From contig JBEAYU010000056.1 of assembly GCA_041170435.1 (NCBI GenBank), positions 12,272-76,271 on the forward strand: a DNA stretch of 64,000 nt. The letters are read 5' to 3'. Source of the DNA: Bacteroidota bacterium. GTDB lineage: Bacteria; Bacteroidota; Ignavibacteria; Kapaibacteriales; Kapaibacteriaceae. Each line of letters starts with the position of its first letter. The first letter of the stretch is position 1. This document shows positions 51,785-62,036 of this stretch, piece by piece. The position numbers and the translations under genes are program-made. The notes beneath the pieces are model-generated. The model was not told the origin of the DNA and made no database searches. It worked only from the letters and a program-made list of their open reading frames with translations.

Positions 51785-52536
51785 GTGCCTCGGAGCCGAT
51801 TCTCATCAGCGTGATCGTACCCACGTTGCAGGAGGAAAAGCTCCTGGACAGTACACTGCGCACGTTCACTCGTCAGTGGCGATCTGATCACAATGCCGAA
51901 CTCATCGTCAGCGATGGAGGTAGTACGGATCGGACGATTGAGATCGCCAATGCTCATGCCGACGTGGTTGTGCTCCACACGGAAAGCCGACGTCAGACAA
52001 TCGCCGAGGGACGAAATCAGGGGGCTCTGCAGGCGCGAGGCGAGGTTCTTGTTTTCATCAATGGCGACACCATTCCGGCTGATCTGACGCTGTTTACCTC
52101 GACGCTCGAAGACTTTGCCCATCGACGCGGACCCTATGCACGAGCATCGGCGCTGGCATGCCCTGTTCGCTTTGTTCCGTCCGATGAACGGTTAGCCGAT
52201 CGGCTCTTTCACGGTTACTACAATACCTACGTCCGGCTCCTTTCAATGTTTCGAATTGGGGCAGGACGTGGCGAATGTCAGGTGGTACGGAAGAAGATGT
52301 TTGTCACAGTCGGCGGATACAAGAACCATCTTGTTGCTGGGGAAGACTTTGATCTTCTCGCTCGAGTCGGCATGAAGGGTCGTGTCTTGTTTGCCAGGGA
52401 ACTGCTCGTTTTCGAGTCACCAAGGCGGTTCCGCAAGTTTGGGTATTTTCGGGTCATCTGGTCGTGGACCATCAATGGCCTTAGCGTGCTTCTTCGGGGC
52501 CGTTCAACGTCCGACGAATGGGAACCGGTCCGCTGA
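51781..52536 (+). CDS. family 2 glycosyltransferase
   Basis: ISVIVPTLQEE...SDGGSTDRT and DxD-type FINGDT motifs of GT2. Confidence 0.75.
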   Translation: MSASEPILISVIVPTLQEEKLLDSTLRTFTRQWRSDHNAELIVSDGGSTDRTIEIANAHADVVVLHTESRRQTIAEGRNQGALQARGEVLVFINGDTIPADLTLFTSTLEDFAHRRGPYARASALACPVRFVPSDERLADRLFHGYYNTYVRLLSMFRIGAGRGECQVVRKKMFVTVGGYKNHLVAGEDFDLLARVGMKGRVLFARELLVFESPRRFRKFGYFRVIWSWTINGLSVLLRGRSTSDEWEPVR

Positions 52537-52566
52537 TCATCACCATTTCTCTCTGATTCCCGAACC

Positions 52567-53556
52567 ATGGACTACAAAGCAGCCGGTGTTGACATTGAGG
52601 CCGGAGAAGCCCTTGTTGACGACATCAAACCCTATGTGAAGGCCACGCGTACCCCGGGCGTGCTGAGTGAGATCGGACTTTTTGGTGGTCTCTTCGATGC
52701 CCGTTTTCCGGGTATGGAGCATCCGGTGCTTGTTGCCAGCACGGACGGTGTTGGTACCAAGCTCAATGTTGCCATCATGGCCGGCAAGCATGACACAGTA
52801 GGACAGTGCTTGGTCAACCATTGCGTCAACGACATCCTTGCGTGTGGTGCTCGCCCCTTGTTCTTCCTTGACTACTTTGCCACCGGCCGACTTGAGCGTG
52901 GGGTTGCTCGCGATGTGATCAAGGGCATTGCCCTTGCCTGCCAACAGAACGGCGCTGCACTGCTCGGTGGCGAGACGGCTGAAATGCCATCATTGTACAA
53001 GGATGGAGACTACGACATGGCCGGCACGATCGTCGGCGTCGTCGAAAAGTCTCGCATTCTCAACGGCACCCGTGTAAACGTCGGTGACGTACTGATTGGC
53101 CTACCATCGACAGGACTTCACACCAATGGATTCTCGCTTGCCCGTGCGGCGCTCTTCCCAACGTACCGAACGGATCAGTACGTCGATGCCCTCGGTTGTA
53201 CAGTTGGTGAAGCCCTCCTTGCCGTGCATGCATCCTACCTGGACATCATCTGGCCTGTGCTCGAAGCCGGCCTCATCTCCGCCCTGTCACACATCACAGG
53301 TGGCGGGATCGTAGGCAACACATCGCGAGTTCTGCAGCCCGGTCAGGCACTTGATGTGTCATGGGGCTCGTGGTCCGTACCTGAGATCTTCCGTCTGATC
53401 CAGCAGGCTGGCACGATCGCGGACGATGAGATGCGCCACGTCTTCAACCTCGGCGTCGGGATGATCATGATCGTCCATCCGGACAAGGTCGATCAGGTCA
53501 TGCAGATGACCACGTCGGCAGCCCCCTTCATTATCGGACGCGTCACCCCGGCCTGA
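52567..53556 (+). CDS. purM: phosphoribosylformylglycinamidine cyclo-ligase (AIR synthetase)
   Basis: MDYKAAGVDIEAGEALV N-terminus and the DGVGTKL and HITGGG motifs. Confidence 0.95.
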   Translation: MDYKAAGVDIEAGEALVDDIKPYVKATRTPGVLSEIGLFGGLFDARFPGMEHPVLVASTDGVGTKLNVAIMAGKHDTVGQCLVNHCVNDILACGARPLFFLDYFATGRLERGVARDVIKGIALACQQNGAALLGGETAEMPSLYKDGDYDMAGTIVGVVEKSRILNGTRVNVGDVLIGLPSTGLHTNGFSLARAALFPTYRTDQYVDALGCTVGEALLAVHASYLDIIWPVLEAGLISALSHITGGGIVGNTSRVLQPGQALDVSWGSWSVPEIFRLIQQAGTIADDEMRHVFNLGVGMIMIVHPDKVDQVMQMTTSAAPFIIGRVTPA

Positions 53557-53582
53557 GCGCCTGGTATCGCAAGGAGAGTAGC

Positions 53583-56222
53583 ATGTTCGAGCGTGCACGG
53601 ACCATCCTGCGTGACGTGTTCGGACATCCGGATTTCAGGGGCGGACAGGACGATATTGTCCGAGCGGTCCTCTCTGGACGTGACGTACTTGGCGTGCTCC
53701 CGACAGGCGGCGGGAAGTCACTGTGCTATCAGATTCCGGCGATGCTGTTCCCGCACGTCACATTGGTGATATCTCCTCTTGTGGCACTCATGCAGGACCA
53801 AACACAGAGGCTCGCAGAGCGGGGTGTTGCCGCTGCATGCATCCATTCGGGGATCCACGACGATCAGATTGATGCGATCCTACGTCAGGCAACGTCGGGG
53901 AAACTGCGCCTACTCTATGTTGCTCCCGAGCGCCTTGAGTCCGCCTCCTTTCGGGCTCGGCTCCAGCCTGTGGCGCTGAGCCTGGTGGCCGTTGACGAGG
54001 CCCATTGCGTAAGTGAGTGGGGACATGATTTCCGTCCGAGCTATCGTCGGATCTCAACACTGTTTGAGTCGAGATCTCGCGTTCCGATCGTTGCCCTTAC
54101 GGCGACGGCCACACCGGAAGTGCGGCGCGACATTGCCAAAGCGCTTGGACTGCGTGATCACATCGAGATCGTGCGTGGATTTCACCGTCCAAACCTGACC
54201 TTCCGTGTTGAGCACACGGGCTCAAAGATCGAGTTCATCACGCGTACTCTGCGTAAGCAGAACACAGGAAGCACCATCATCTATGCGGGTTCTCGACGAC
54301 GCGTCGAGACGATCGCCGATGAGCTTCGAAAGCGTGGTATCGAGGCCATGGCATATCATGCCGGACTTGATCCATTGCAGCGAGCCGACGTTCAGGATCG
54401 TTTCATCGGCGGTTCCGGAAGCGTCCTGGTGGCGACCAACGCCTTCGGAATGGGCATCGACAAGGCCGACGTACGACGGGTGTTTCATACGGATCTGACA
54501 CTGACTCTCGAGGCGTACTATCAGGAGGCGGGGCGCGCCGGCCGCGACGGGGAACCGGCCGATTGCATCCTGCTGTATCAGCGTCAGGACCGTCAGTTGA
54601 TGGACTTTTTCATCTCCGGCACGCATCCCGAACCGGAGCAGATACGAAGCGTCTATCAGGCGTTGGCCCAGCGCATGAGTGTATCAGTGGGCATGTCCAG
54701 CAGCGAGCCGATCCTGGCCGACGCCGAAAGTCTGGCAGCCGAGCTGCACTATTCGGTAGCCGTCGTGAACGGTGCACTGACGCTTCTTGAACGCCATGGT
54801 CTAGTGATTCGCACCAGTGCCCATGGTCAGGCACGCGTGCAGCTGCGAACGACCGTGGCGCGGCTTCAGCAGTATGCCAGCCGTGCTCCGGTTGAGAGGC
54901 GCTTGGCAGCCGATTTCATTGTTCGAAGCTTGAGTCATCTCGAGCAAGGGGCAGAGATAGAGCTCCCACTCAGTGAAATGCTCCGGCGCACCGACATTGC
55001 CCCTGCCGAACTGGCAGCGACGTTGTCGGCGATGCACATGGCCCAACTCATCCGCTATCGACCGCCGCAATCAGGGGGCGGCATCATGGTCCTTGGAGTG
55101 CGCATGTTACCGGGCGATCTACCGCTTGACGTGGCGGCGCTTCACGAGCGACGTGCCCACGCAGTTCGTAAGCTTGAGATCATGGTCGGATATGCCGAAA
55201 CACGTCAGTGCAAGCAGAACTTCATCCTTTCATACTTCGGTGATGCCTCGGGCACCCTGCGATGCGGTCGGTGCAGTTCGTGCATGCAGCAGACATCCGC
55301 GACGGCACCGTCGGAACGTCAGCGTCCGGTGATCGACGCCGTCATCAATGCTGCGTGGCAACTACGCGGTCGATTCGGTCGACACGTTCTGGCCGATGTC
55401 GTGCGAGGTGTGATGTCAGAGAAGGTCCAGCAGTATCGTCTCGACAGAGCAACCTCGTGGTCAACATGTTCCGAGCGCAGTCGGGCCGAGGTCCTCGAAG
55501 CCATCGACGAAGCACTGAGCCGCGGCTGGCTTGTGCGCAGCGCTGATCTGTACCCGACGATCGGTGCCACAGATGAGGGCATTCGTCGTCTTGATGACCC
55601 TGCACGGCCGCTGGACCTGCGTATGCGTGTCTCTGCGACAGTTAGCGAGCAGCAACCGAAGGATGTGCAACGGCGCATCGATGCGCTCATGGCGATGCGC
55701 GATCGCCTTGCTGCGCGGAAGGAAACGAATGCTCAGTCGCTGGCAACAGATGAAGAACTTCAGCGTATTGCCATGGATGCCCCCTCATCGATGGCGGCCA
55801 TGGTGCCGGGACGGCACGGTAGCGGTCTGTTCATCGCTCGCTTTGGTACAGATGTCCTCGAGACGCTTCGTCAGGTCGATTCCGCGCATTCCGAGAAGGA
55901 TGAAGACAATGACCTGCCCGACGGCCTGGTCACACTTCTGCGGAGACCAAGAAGGACATTCTCGGACGTTGTGCATGAGCTTCGCATGACGCCCCCTGCC
56001 GCCTCGCATGCAATTGAGAAGGCCATCGAACGATTTGCATGGGTGGAACGTTTGGAACTTGTCGATGATGATCTGTACGCTGAGGTTCTCGACTACGTTC
56101 GGTATCATCGCTACGCGAAGATCCGCCACGTGCGTGAGCACCTACAACGCGAGGTCGATCTGCCGATACTCAGGATCGCCCTCGCATTTGCCCGACGTGA
56201 TCTATCACTAAATGGCCTTTGA
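53583..56222 (+). CDS. recQ: ATP-dependent DNA helicase RecQ (extended, 879 aa)
   Basis: FGHPDFRGGQ, LPTGGGKSLCYQIP, DEAHCVSEWGHDFRP and a zinc-binding CxxC...CxxC region (CGRCSSC). Carries ~270 extra C-terminal residues beyond a canonical RecQ/HRDC. Confidence 0.9.
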   Translation: MFERARTILRDVFGHPDFRGGQDDIVRAVLSGRDVLGVLPTGGGKSLCYQIPAMLFPHVTLVISPLVALMQDQTQRLAERGVAAACIHSGIHDDQIDAILRQATSGKLRLLYVAPERLESASFRARLQPVALSLVAVDEAHCVSEWGHDFRPSYRRISTLFESRSRVPIVALTATATPEVRRDIAKALGLRDHIEIVRGFHRPNLTFRVEHTGSKIEFITRTLRKQNTGSTIIYAGSRRRVETIADELRKRGIEAMAYHAGLDPLQRADVQDRFIGGSGSVLVATNAFGMGIDKADVRRVFHTDLTLTLEAYYQEAGRAGRDGEPADCILLYQRQDRQLMDFFISGTHPEPEQIRSVYQALAQRMSVSVGMSSSEPILADAESLAAELHYSVAVVNGALTLLERHGLVIRTSAHGQARVQLRTTVARLQQYASRAPVERRLAADFIVRSLSHLEQGAEIELPLSEMLRRTDIAPAELAATLSAMHMAQLIRYRPPQSGGGIMVLGVRMLPGDLPLDVAALHERRAHAVRKLEIMVGYAETRQCKQNFILSYFGDASGTLRCGRCSSCMQQTSATAPSERQRPVIDAVINAAWQLRGRFGRHVLADVVRGVMSEKVQQYRLDRATSWSTCSERSRAEVLEAIDEALSRGWLVRSADLYPTIGATDEGIRRLDDPARPLDLRMRVSATVSEQQPKDVQRRIDALMAMRDRLAARKETNAQSLATDEELQRIAMDAPSSMAAMVPGRHGSGLFIARFGTDVLETLRQVDSAHSEKDEDNDLPDGLVTLLRRPRRTFSDVVHELRMTPPAASHAIEKAIERFAWVERLELVDDDLYAEVLDYVRYHRYAKIRHVREHLQREVDLPILRIALAFARRDLSLNGL

Positions 56223-56231
56223 TGTGAATAC

Positions 56232-59200
56232 ATGAACAACCTTTCAGCGATCATATTGACCTGTGCCGTGGTGCTGGGGCTGACGTCCACCAATGCGCAG
56301 CAACGAGTTGTGGTGACGTTGTCATCATCGAAAATGCCGCCTGCGCTCGCGCGGTGGGGTGCGCGTGCGGCAGTTGCCGACGCCGTCGTGCAGAGTAAGT
56401 CCGCGGATGCCCCGCAGACTGCGTCACAGCGTGCTTTGCTGCAACGACTTTCGCGGTACGTTGTGATCGATCTTCCACTGGGTGCCGGCTTGGACGACAT
56501 TGCAGCGCTCGACGGTGTTGAAGATGTTCGCCCCCTATCTCGTATACGGTTGCATGAGGAGGCGCTGACGCAGGACTCGCTCGCAGAGCGGCAGTTTGCG
56601 TTGCATCGTATCGGTGCGCGCAAGGCATGGTCTCGTGCAACGGGCAAGGGCACGGTGGTGGGCATCATTGACACGGGAATTGATTGGACACACGAGGATC
56701 TGGTGGATGCGCTCGATATCCTCGTCAAGGAGGATCGCAATGGCAATCGTCGATTTGATGCATGGCCCAGTTCCGATACCATCAACGGCGTCATTGGCGA
56801 TCTCAACGGCGTCGATGATGATGGCAACGGCATCATTGACGACGTCATCGGCATCGATCTTGTCGATCAGACCTTTCGGAACCTTGGCGATGATCGCACG
56901 TATGATCCCATCCCCTTTGATGAGCAGGGTCATGGCACGCTGGTAGGGGGCGTCATCGCCGCCACACCGAACAATCGCAAGGGTATCGCCGGCTTGGCTT
57001 ACGATGCGCGTCTGCGCGTGGTGCGCGCGTTCGATGCTACGGGCAACGCCGAGGAGGATGACATTGCCTCGGCAATCGTGTACCTGGCTCTGCAGGGGGT
57101 TGACGTCATCAACATGAGCTTCGGAGACGGGGTTGACTCGCCGCTCATGCGCGATGCCATTGCATTTGCCGCAGATCGCGGCTGCATCCTGATCGCTTCG
57201 GTGGGTAACACGGGCACAACATCGCGTCAGTTCCCGGCGGGGTACGACGAGGTCATCGCCGTTGCCTCGACGGATGACGAGAATCGCCGCTCGCCGTTTT
57301 CCTCCACAGGTGCGCTGGTGGCGCTATGCGCGCCCGGTCAGGGAATCGTCACCACCTCTGTCGGCTCTCGATACCGTACGGTCAACGGCACATCATTCTC
57401 CGCCCCCTATGTAGCTGCAACGGTGGCCATGATGCTCGAGCGATTTCCGAACATGAAACCGGCAGATGTGCGTGCCACGCTCCAGCAGCGAAGTCTCGAC
57501 CTCGGGCCGCGCGGCTGGGATGAGCTCTTCGGAGCAGGACTCGTGCAGGCCGATCAGGCTCTTGCCGACGGTCCGACAAGTCGCGTGGAGATCACGTCTC
57601 CACGCAACGAGACCGAGATCGATCCGGCCATCACGCCCGAAATCGAGGTGCGCGGAAGCAGCATGCTGGCCAGTTTCGACGGATACGAGATCGCCTGGGG
57701 TGAGGGCCTGATGCCCGAGGTGTGGACGACCGTCTCGAGCTCGGCAACGGCCGTGCGCGATGGTCTGTTGGCTCGAGTGCGCTTGCCCAAGACCGATAGT
57801 CAGCTGGTGACACTGCGAATGCGCGTTCGCGGCAGTGATGGACGCTTCGTTGATGTGTTTCGGCGTCTACGACGTGTTGACTCGGCGGACTTTCAGCGAT
57901 TGTTCCTCGATTGGGAGCGAGCCTGGGTGACCGATCGAAGAAACATCGTCATTACCATCAGAGCCGCCAGACCTTGCCAGTGTGAAGTGTTTGATGAAGA
58001 TCGCCCTCTGGGGCCGGCACTTACTCAGTCATTGCGGCGCGCTCGCGTGCACTTTGTGGTTCTGCCCGACACGATCGCGATGCCGACCACGCAAGGGGAC
58101 GCACGTAGATTCCGCATTCGATGTCGGCCCGAGGTTGGTGCGGCTGTTGATTCGACCATCAGGCTCTGGGTACCCACGATCGCCGCCAGCGCCGATGCTC
58201 TGTGGAGGTCGGCCGGCACGGCTCCATGGAGTGGCTATGTGCTGAATGATGTGCGCGATCTCTATCGGGATGGACGTCCGACCGTTGTGATGAACGACCT
58301 GTCACGCGGAACATTCGGTGGCGTGGTCACGCGACAGCTCGTTGACGGACAATGGATCACACGTGATTCCATTCCCGACGTGTATATCCCGCGTGCGCTC
58401 GGTGATGCCAACGGCAACGGCCGTCTAGAACTACTTCTGCATTCGGTCGGCAAGGTCATCCTTGTCGAACAGAACGAGGTCGGTGCAAGCCCCTTCGGTT
58501 CAGTGATCTATGCCGATACGCTCAGCGGACTCAATGCTGCGGGCATGGCCGATATCGACGGTGACGGACGCGAAGAGATCCTTGCACTGGCAGATGATTC
58601 CTGTGTTGTGCTGACCTACAAGCAGTCGGCCTTCCGTACCCTTGGTTCGATCCGTAACGAAACTCCTCCGGAGCCCGGGAATGCGCGCAATAGGGTGGAT
58701 GAGATCAGTATCGCCAGTGGCGACTTCGATGGCGATGGACGTATGGAGGTGGTCTTTGGTGACACTGACGGTGATTTGGTGGTCGGCGAGTGGCGTGACG
58801 GAAAGTTCGCTACCCTGTACACCGTCACGCGACCAGGGGCAGGGGGCTCGGGCTACATCGCGTCGGCAGATGTCGATGGGGATGGACTTCCGGACATCAT
58901 TCACGGCATTCCCGACAGCATTGAGGCCGATGCCAACGGCGACTATGGTAGTTCTTTGTGGACGTACTGGATGTATACAGCCAGAGGTGGCAGTCTGTCC
59001 AACAGCTGGTGGCAAAGGATCGCCGGAGTGCGCTACGGTATGGGTTTCCGCAACGGGCTGGGGGCTGCTGAACTAGATAGTATCCCTGGTGCTGAGATCA
59101 TCGTGTGCGCTTTCCCACGACTGTATGTGTTTGGCGCTACAACGCTGAGAGAACAAGAAGATCTTGCGTGCAAGAGATACATCCCCGACGTTGCGTCGCC

Positions 59201-60509
59201 ACGGTTTCTTACATACGATTTTGACGGCAACGGCCGCAATGAGCTGGGATATGGTGTGACGATTGCTGAGATCGGCGCTATGACCTCATTTGCATTCACG
59301 GAGGCGCTATCGGTTGAGAACGTGGCCCCGAGAGCACTCCGCTCGATATGGGTTGGAGACAGTGTACGCCTCGACTGGATTCGCTGGAGTGAATGGTTTG
59401 CGATCCCGCAGATCGCGATCATTGAACAGGCGGAGTCATCAGCCCCATTCCAGCCGATCGATACGGTGAGAGGTCGTTTCTATACGTTCGATGCAGCTGC
59501 GCTAAGTGCTCCCGTCATGCGCTACCGCGTGCGCGACCTCGATACCGCAACCGGTGCGATCTCTGTGCCGTCGAATGTCGTGACCGTGTTTCGTCGCGAT
59601 GGCAACACGCACTTGGCATTGGACCGCGACAGTGTCACACTCTCGGAGGTACGTGCCGGCGCTCATGTTCGCCTGATATCGTCGTCTGACCTCGACATGC
59701 GCGGCATGATGCGTTCGAGCGTCAGACACGTCGATGCCGCCGGAGGACTGATCAGCAATGCCTCCTCGGTCGTTGTACGGTCACTGCGCGACGTTCTCAT
59801 TACACTCCCGTCATCGTCGGTGACTGACACGCTTCGCCTCGGCCTCTACGGTCTACGTGATGACCGTGGTAGGGGGCTTGCCGATACCATCTTCCGCGTG
59901 CCGATCGTGCCGGATGCATCGGTTCCGCGCGAGATCACACTCGCGTCCGTGCGCGTTGAATCGATGCGTCAGCTCCTGGTCACCTTCAGTGAGCCCGTGG
60001 ATGAGAGCGGCACAAACGCTGCCAACTATCGACTCGGTCCGACTGGCCGCATTCGCACGGCCACGAGGGTTGATGATCGGTCGGTGCGTCTGCAACTGGA
60101 CGAGGATGCTCCGTTGGAGCCGCGCGGTGTTTCGTATTCGATCACAGCCACGAGTATCTCCTCGCCGGATGGTGCTCGTATGACCCAGGGTCCAGGATCG
60201 ACCTTGCTCTTTGCGGTTGTGGCGTCAGACCTCGAATCGATCTATGCCTATCCGCAGCCTCTTCGTCTTGGTCAGCACTCCACATTGACCATTGGAGGAC
60301 TGCCAAGCTCTGCCGTCGTGGAAGTGCTCGACGCGTCGTTCTCATCACTTGCCCGGCTCGAGACAACATCAGGCGTGGGCGGGATTGAGTGGGACTTGCG
60401 GCTACCTGACGGTCGCAGCCTTGTTCCGGGACTCTACTATGTGCGCGTCGCCAGCACCGTAGATGAAGGATCGGGGCCGGTCCTGCGAAAGCTGTGGATC
60501 GAGCGGTAG
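56232..60509 (+). CDS. subtilisin-like S8 serine peptidase fused to FG-GAP/VCBS beta-propeller repeats and a T9SS C-terminal sorting domain
   Basis: Catalytic triad blocks GIIDTGID (Asp), HGTLVGGVIAA (His) and GTSFSAPYVAATVAMM (Ser). A Ca-binding-like insert DLNGVDDDGNGIIDD. Repeated DIDGDGREEI / GDFDGDGRMEVVFG / ADVDGDGLPDII FG-GAP motifs. The C-terminus ...LYYVRVAS...KLWIER is a Por tail. 1425 aa. Confidence 0.8.
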   Translation: MNNLSAIILTCAVVLGLTSTNAQQRVVVTLSSSKMPPALARWGARAAVADAVVQSKSADAPQTASQRALLQRLSRYVVIDLPLGAGLDDIAALDGVEDVRPLSRIRLHEEALTQDSLAERQFALHRIGARKAWSRATGKGTVVGIIDTGIDWTHEDLVDALDILVKEDRNGNRRFDAWPSSDTINGVIGDLNGVDDDGNGIIDDVIGIDLVDQTFRNLGDDRTYDPIPFDEQGHGTLVGGVIAATPNNRKGIAGLAYDARLRVVRAFDATGNAEEDDIASAIVYLALQGVDVINMSFGDGVDSPLMRDAIAFAADRGCILIASVGNTGTTSRQFPAGYDEVIAVASTDDENRRSPFSSTGALVALCAPGQGIVTTSVGSRYRTVNGTSFSAPYVAATVAMMLERFPNMKPADVRATLQQRSLDLGPRGWDELFGAGLVQADQALADGPTSRVEITSPRNETEIDPAITPEIEVRGSSMLASFDGYEIAWGEGLMPEVWTTVSSSATAVRDGLLARVRLPKTDSQLVTLRMRVRGSDGRFVDVFRRLRRVDSADFQRLFLDWERAWVTDRRNIVITIRAARPCQCEVFDEDRPLGPALTQSLRRARVHFVVLPDTIAMPTTQGDARRFRIRCRPEVGAAVDSTIRLWVPTIAASADALWRSAGTAPWSGYVLNDVRDLYRDGRPTVVMNDLSRGTFGGVVTRQLVDGQWITRDSIPDVYIPRALGDANGNGRLELLLHSVGKVILVEQNEVGASPFGSVIYADTLSGLNAAGMADIDGDGREEILALADDSCVVLTYKQSAFRTLGSIRNETPPEPGNARNRVDEISIASGDFDGDGRMEVVFGDTDGDLVVGEWRDGKFATLYTVTRPGAGGSGYIASADVDGDGLPDIIHGIPDSIEADANGDYGSSLWTYWMYTARGGSLSNSWWQRIAGVRYGMGFRNGLGAAELDSIPGAEIIVCAFPRLYVFGATTLREQEDLACKRYIPDVASPRFLTYDFDGNGRNELGYGVTIAEIGAMTSFAFTEALSVENVAPRALRSIWVGDSVRLDWIRWSEWFAIPQIAIIEQAESSAPFQPIDTVRGRFYTFDAAALSAPVMRYRVRDLDTATGAISVPSNVVTVFRRDGNTHLALDRDSVTLSEVRAGAHVRLISSSDLDMRGMMRSSVRHVDAAGGLISNASSVVVRSLRDVLITLPSSSVTDTLRLGLYGLRDDRGRGLADTIFRVPIVPDASVPREITLASVRVESMRQLLVTFSEPVDESGTNAANYRLGPTGRIRTATRVDDRSVRLQLDEDAPLEPRGVSYSITATSISSPDGARMTQGPGSTLLFAVVASDLESIYAYPQPLRLGQHSTLTIGGLPSSAVVEVLDASFSSLARLETTSGVGGIEWDLRLPDGRSLVPGLYYVRVASTVDEGSGPVLRKLWIER

Positions 60510-60514
60510 GGGGC

Positions 60515-61948
60515 TCAGTCGGCACTGACCAGCATCCGCCGCAGGCCGCCAACATTACCGTTGCTGAGAATCGCCACAACGTCACCAGCTGTGACGTGCT
60601 CGACAAGGAACTGCACCACGTCTGCGCCCCATGCCGGATCTGATGATCGTTCGGAGGGGATAGACATTGCCAACGACCCCAAGCGCTGCACATCCCGCAC
60701 CAGAAGCGACGTGTCGAGACGTTCACTTTCGGCATACCGCTCGGGTCGATTGACAGGTCCGAAGCACACCGAGTAGGCCCCTTCAAAGCATGTCCCTAGT
60801 TCTGCCTGAAAGAAGTTTCGCGTTGTTGTATTCGAGCGGGGCTCAAAGACCACATGGATTCTGGCCGACGGATACTTCTGTCGCAGCGCGCCGATGGTGG
60901 CGGCAATGGCTGTCGGATGATGGGCAAAGTCGTCGATCACATCAGCCCCCTGCCATGAGCCGAGGACTTCCAGGCGTCTCTTCGGAGGAATGAAGCCTGG
61001 CATGGCCAGCTGCTGCTCATAGGCATTCAAACCGGCGTGAAAGGTTGATGCCACAGCCATTGTTGCGTTGCGAACATTGTGCAGACCCGGCATGGCCATT
61101 GTGAATTGACCATATGGCGCTTCGTTGTAGGAGAGGCTCCACGATGTATGATCACCGTGCTCGATCACGTCGTGGATGTGCCACGTGGCGATGGGATCGG
61201 TGCCGACCGTTTCGACGCGTGTAGGGCTACCCTGTACTGCGCGCATTGCGTTGGCATCATCGGCATTGACGAGCACGACACCGGAGGATGGGACGATGCG
61301 GATGAGTTGTCGGAAGCTCCGAACGATCGCTTCCAGGTCATCGAAGATATCAGCATGATCGAACTCGAGATTGTTGATCACGGCGATCGTAGGACGATAA
61401 TGCACAAACTTGCTGCGCTTGTCGAAGAAGGCTGTATCGTACTCATCACCTTCGCTGACGAAGACGCCCGCATGTGTGTCGTGGATACCCTCCGGAACCG
61501 GACGACATCCTACATCAAAGTTCCCGGGCACGCCCCCTATGAGAAAGCCGGGAGCGCGGCCCGCATGCTCCAATAGCCACGCGGTGATGCTTGACGTTGT
61601 GGTCTTGCCATGCGTGCCACAACAGACGATGGAGGTGTTTCGAGAGATGAATAGCCGGCCGACCAGTTCGGCCATCGAGGTCATGTTCAGCCGGTGGTCA
61701 AGGACAGCTTCCAATTCCGGATTTCCGCGGCTGATTGCATTGCCGATCACCACAAGGTCAGGCTGTGTATCGATGAGTTTTTCAGCATCGTAGGACTCAC
61801 GACGTTCGATGCCGGCAGAATCGAGGACTGAGCGCATTGGCTCATAGACCGGACCGTCGCTACCCGTCACGGTGTGCCCCTGCATGCGGCAGGCAACGGC
61901 GACAGAGCCCATGGCCGTTCCGCCGATGCCGGTGAAGTGAATGTGCAT
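60515..61948 (-). CDS. mpl: Mur ligase family protein, Mpl-like (UDP-MurNAc:L-Ala-gamma-D-Glu-meso-DAP ligase)
   Basis: ORF 60515..62026 trimmed to MHIHFTGIGGTAMGSVAVACRMQGHTVTGSDGPVYEPM, which resembles the Mpl N-terminus (MRIHILGICGTFMGG...GSDANVYPPM). Central Mur-ligase GTHGKTTTS P-loop. Confidence 0.7.
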   Translation of the reverse strand: MHIHFTGIGGTAMGSVAVACRMQGHTVTGSDGPVYEPMRSVLDSAGIERRESYDAEKLIDTQPDLVVIGNAISRGNPELEAVLDHRLNMTSMAELVGRLFISRNTSIVCCGTHGKTTTSSITAWLLEHAGRAPGFLIGGVPGNFDVGCRPVPEGIHDTHAGVFVSEGDEYDTAFFDKRSKFVHYRPTIAVINNLEFDHADIFDDLEAIVRSFRQLIRIVPSSGVVLVNADDANAMRAVQGSPTRVETVGTDPIATWHIHDVIEHGDHTSWSLSYNEAPYGQFTMAMPGLHNVRNATMAVASTFHAGLNAYEQQLAMPGFIPPKRRLEVLGSWQGADVIDDFAHHPTAIAATIGALRQKYPSARIHVVFEPRSNTTTRNFFQAELGTCFEGAYSVCFGPVNRPERYAESERLDTSLLVRDVQRLGSLAMSIPSERSSDPAWGADVVQFLVEHVTAGDVVAILSNGNVGGLRRMLVSAD

Positions 61949-62036
61949 GTGTCGCTGACTCTCCGAAATGTGGTAACTTTCACCCGCACAAACATACGCG
62001 GCCGCACGTGGCGGCGCGTAGAACAACTGCTAAGGG

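Noticed and set aside
58500-59015. 171-aa minus-strand ORF inside the S8/FG-GAP gene
   Set aside because: Antisense to a gene with strong catalytic-motif support.
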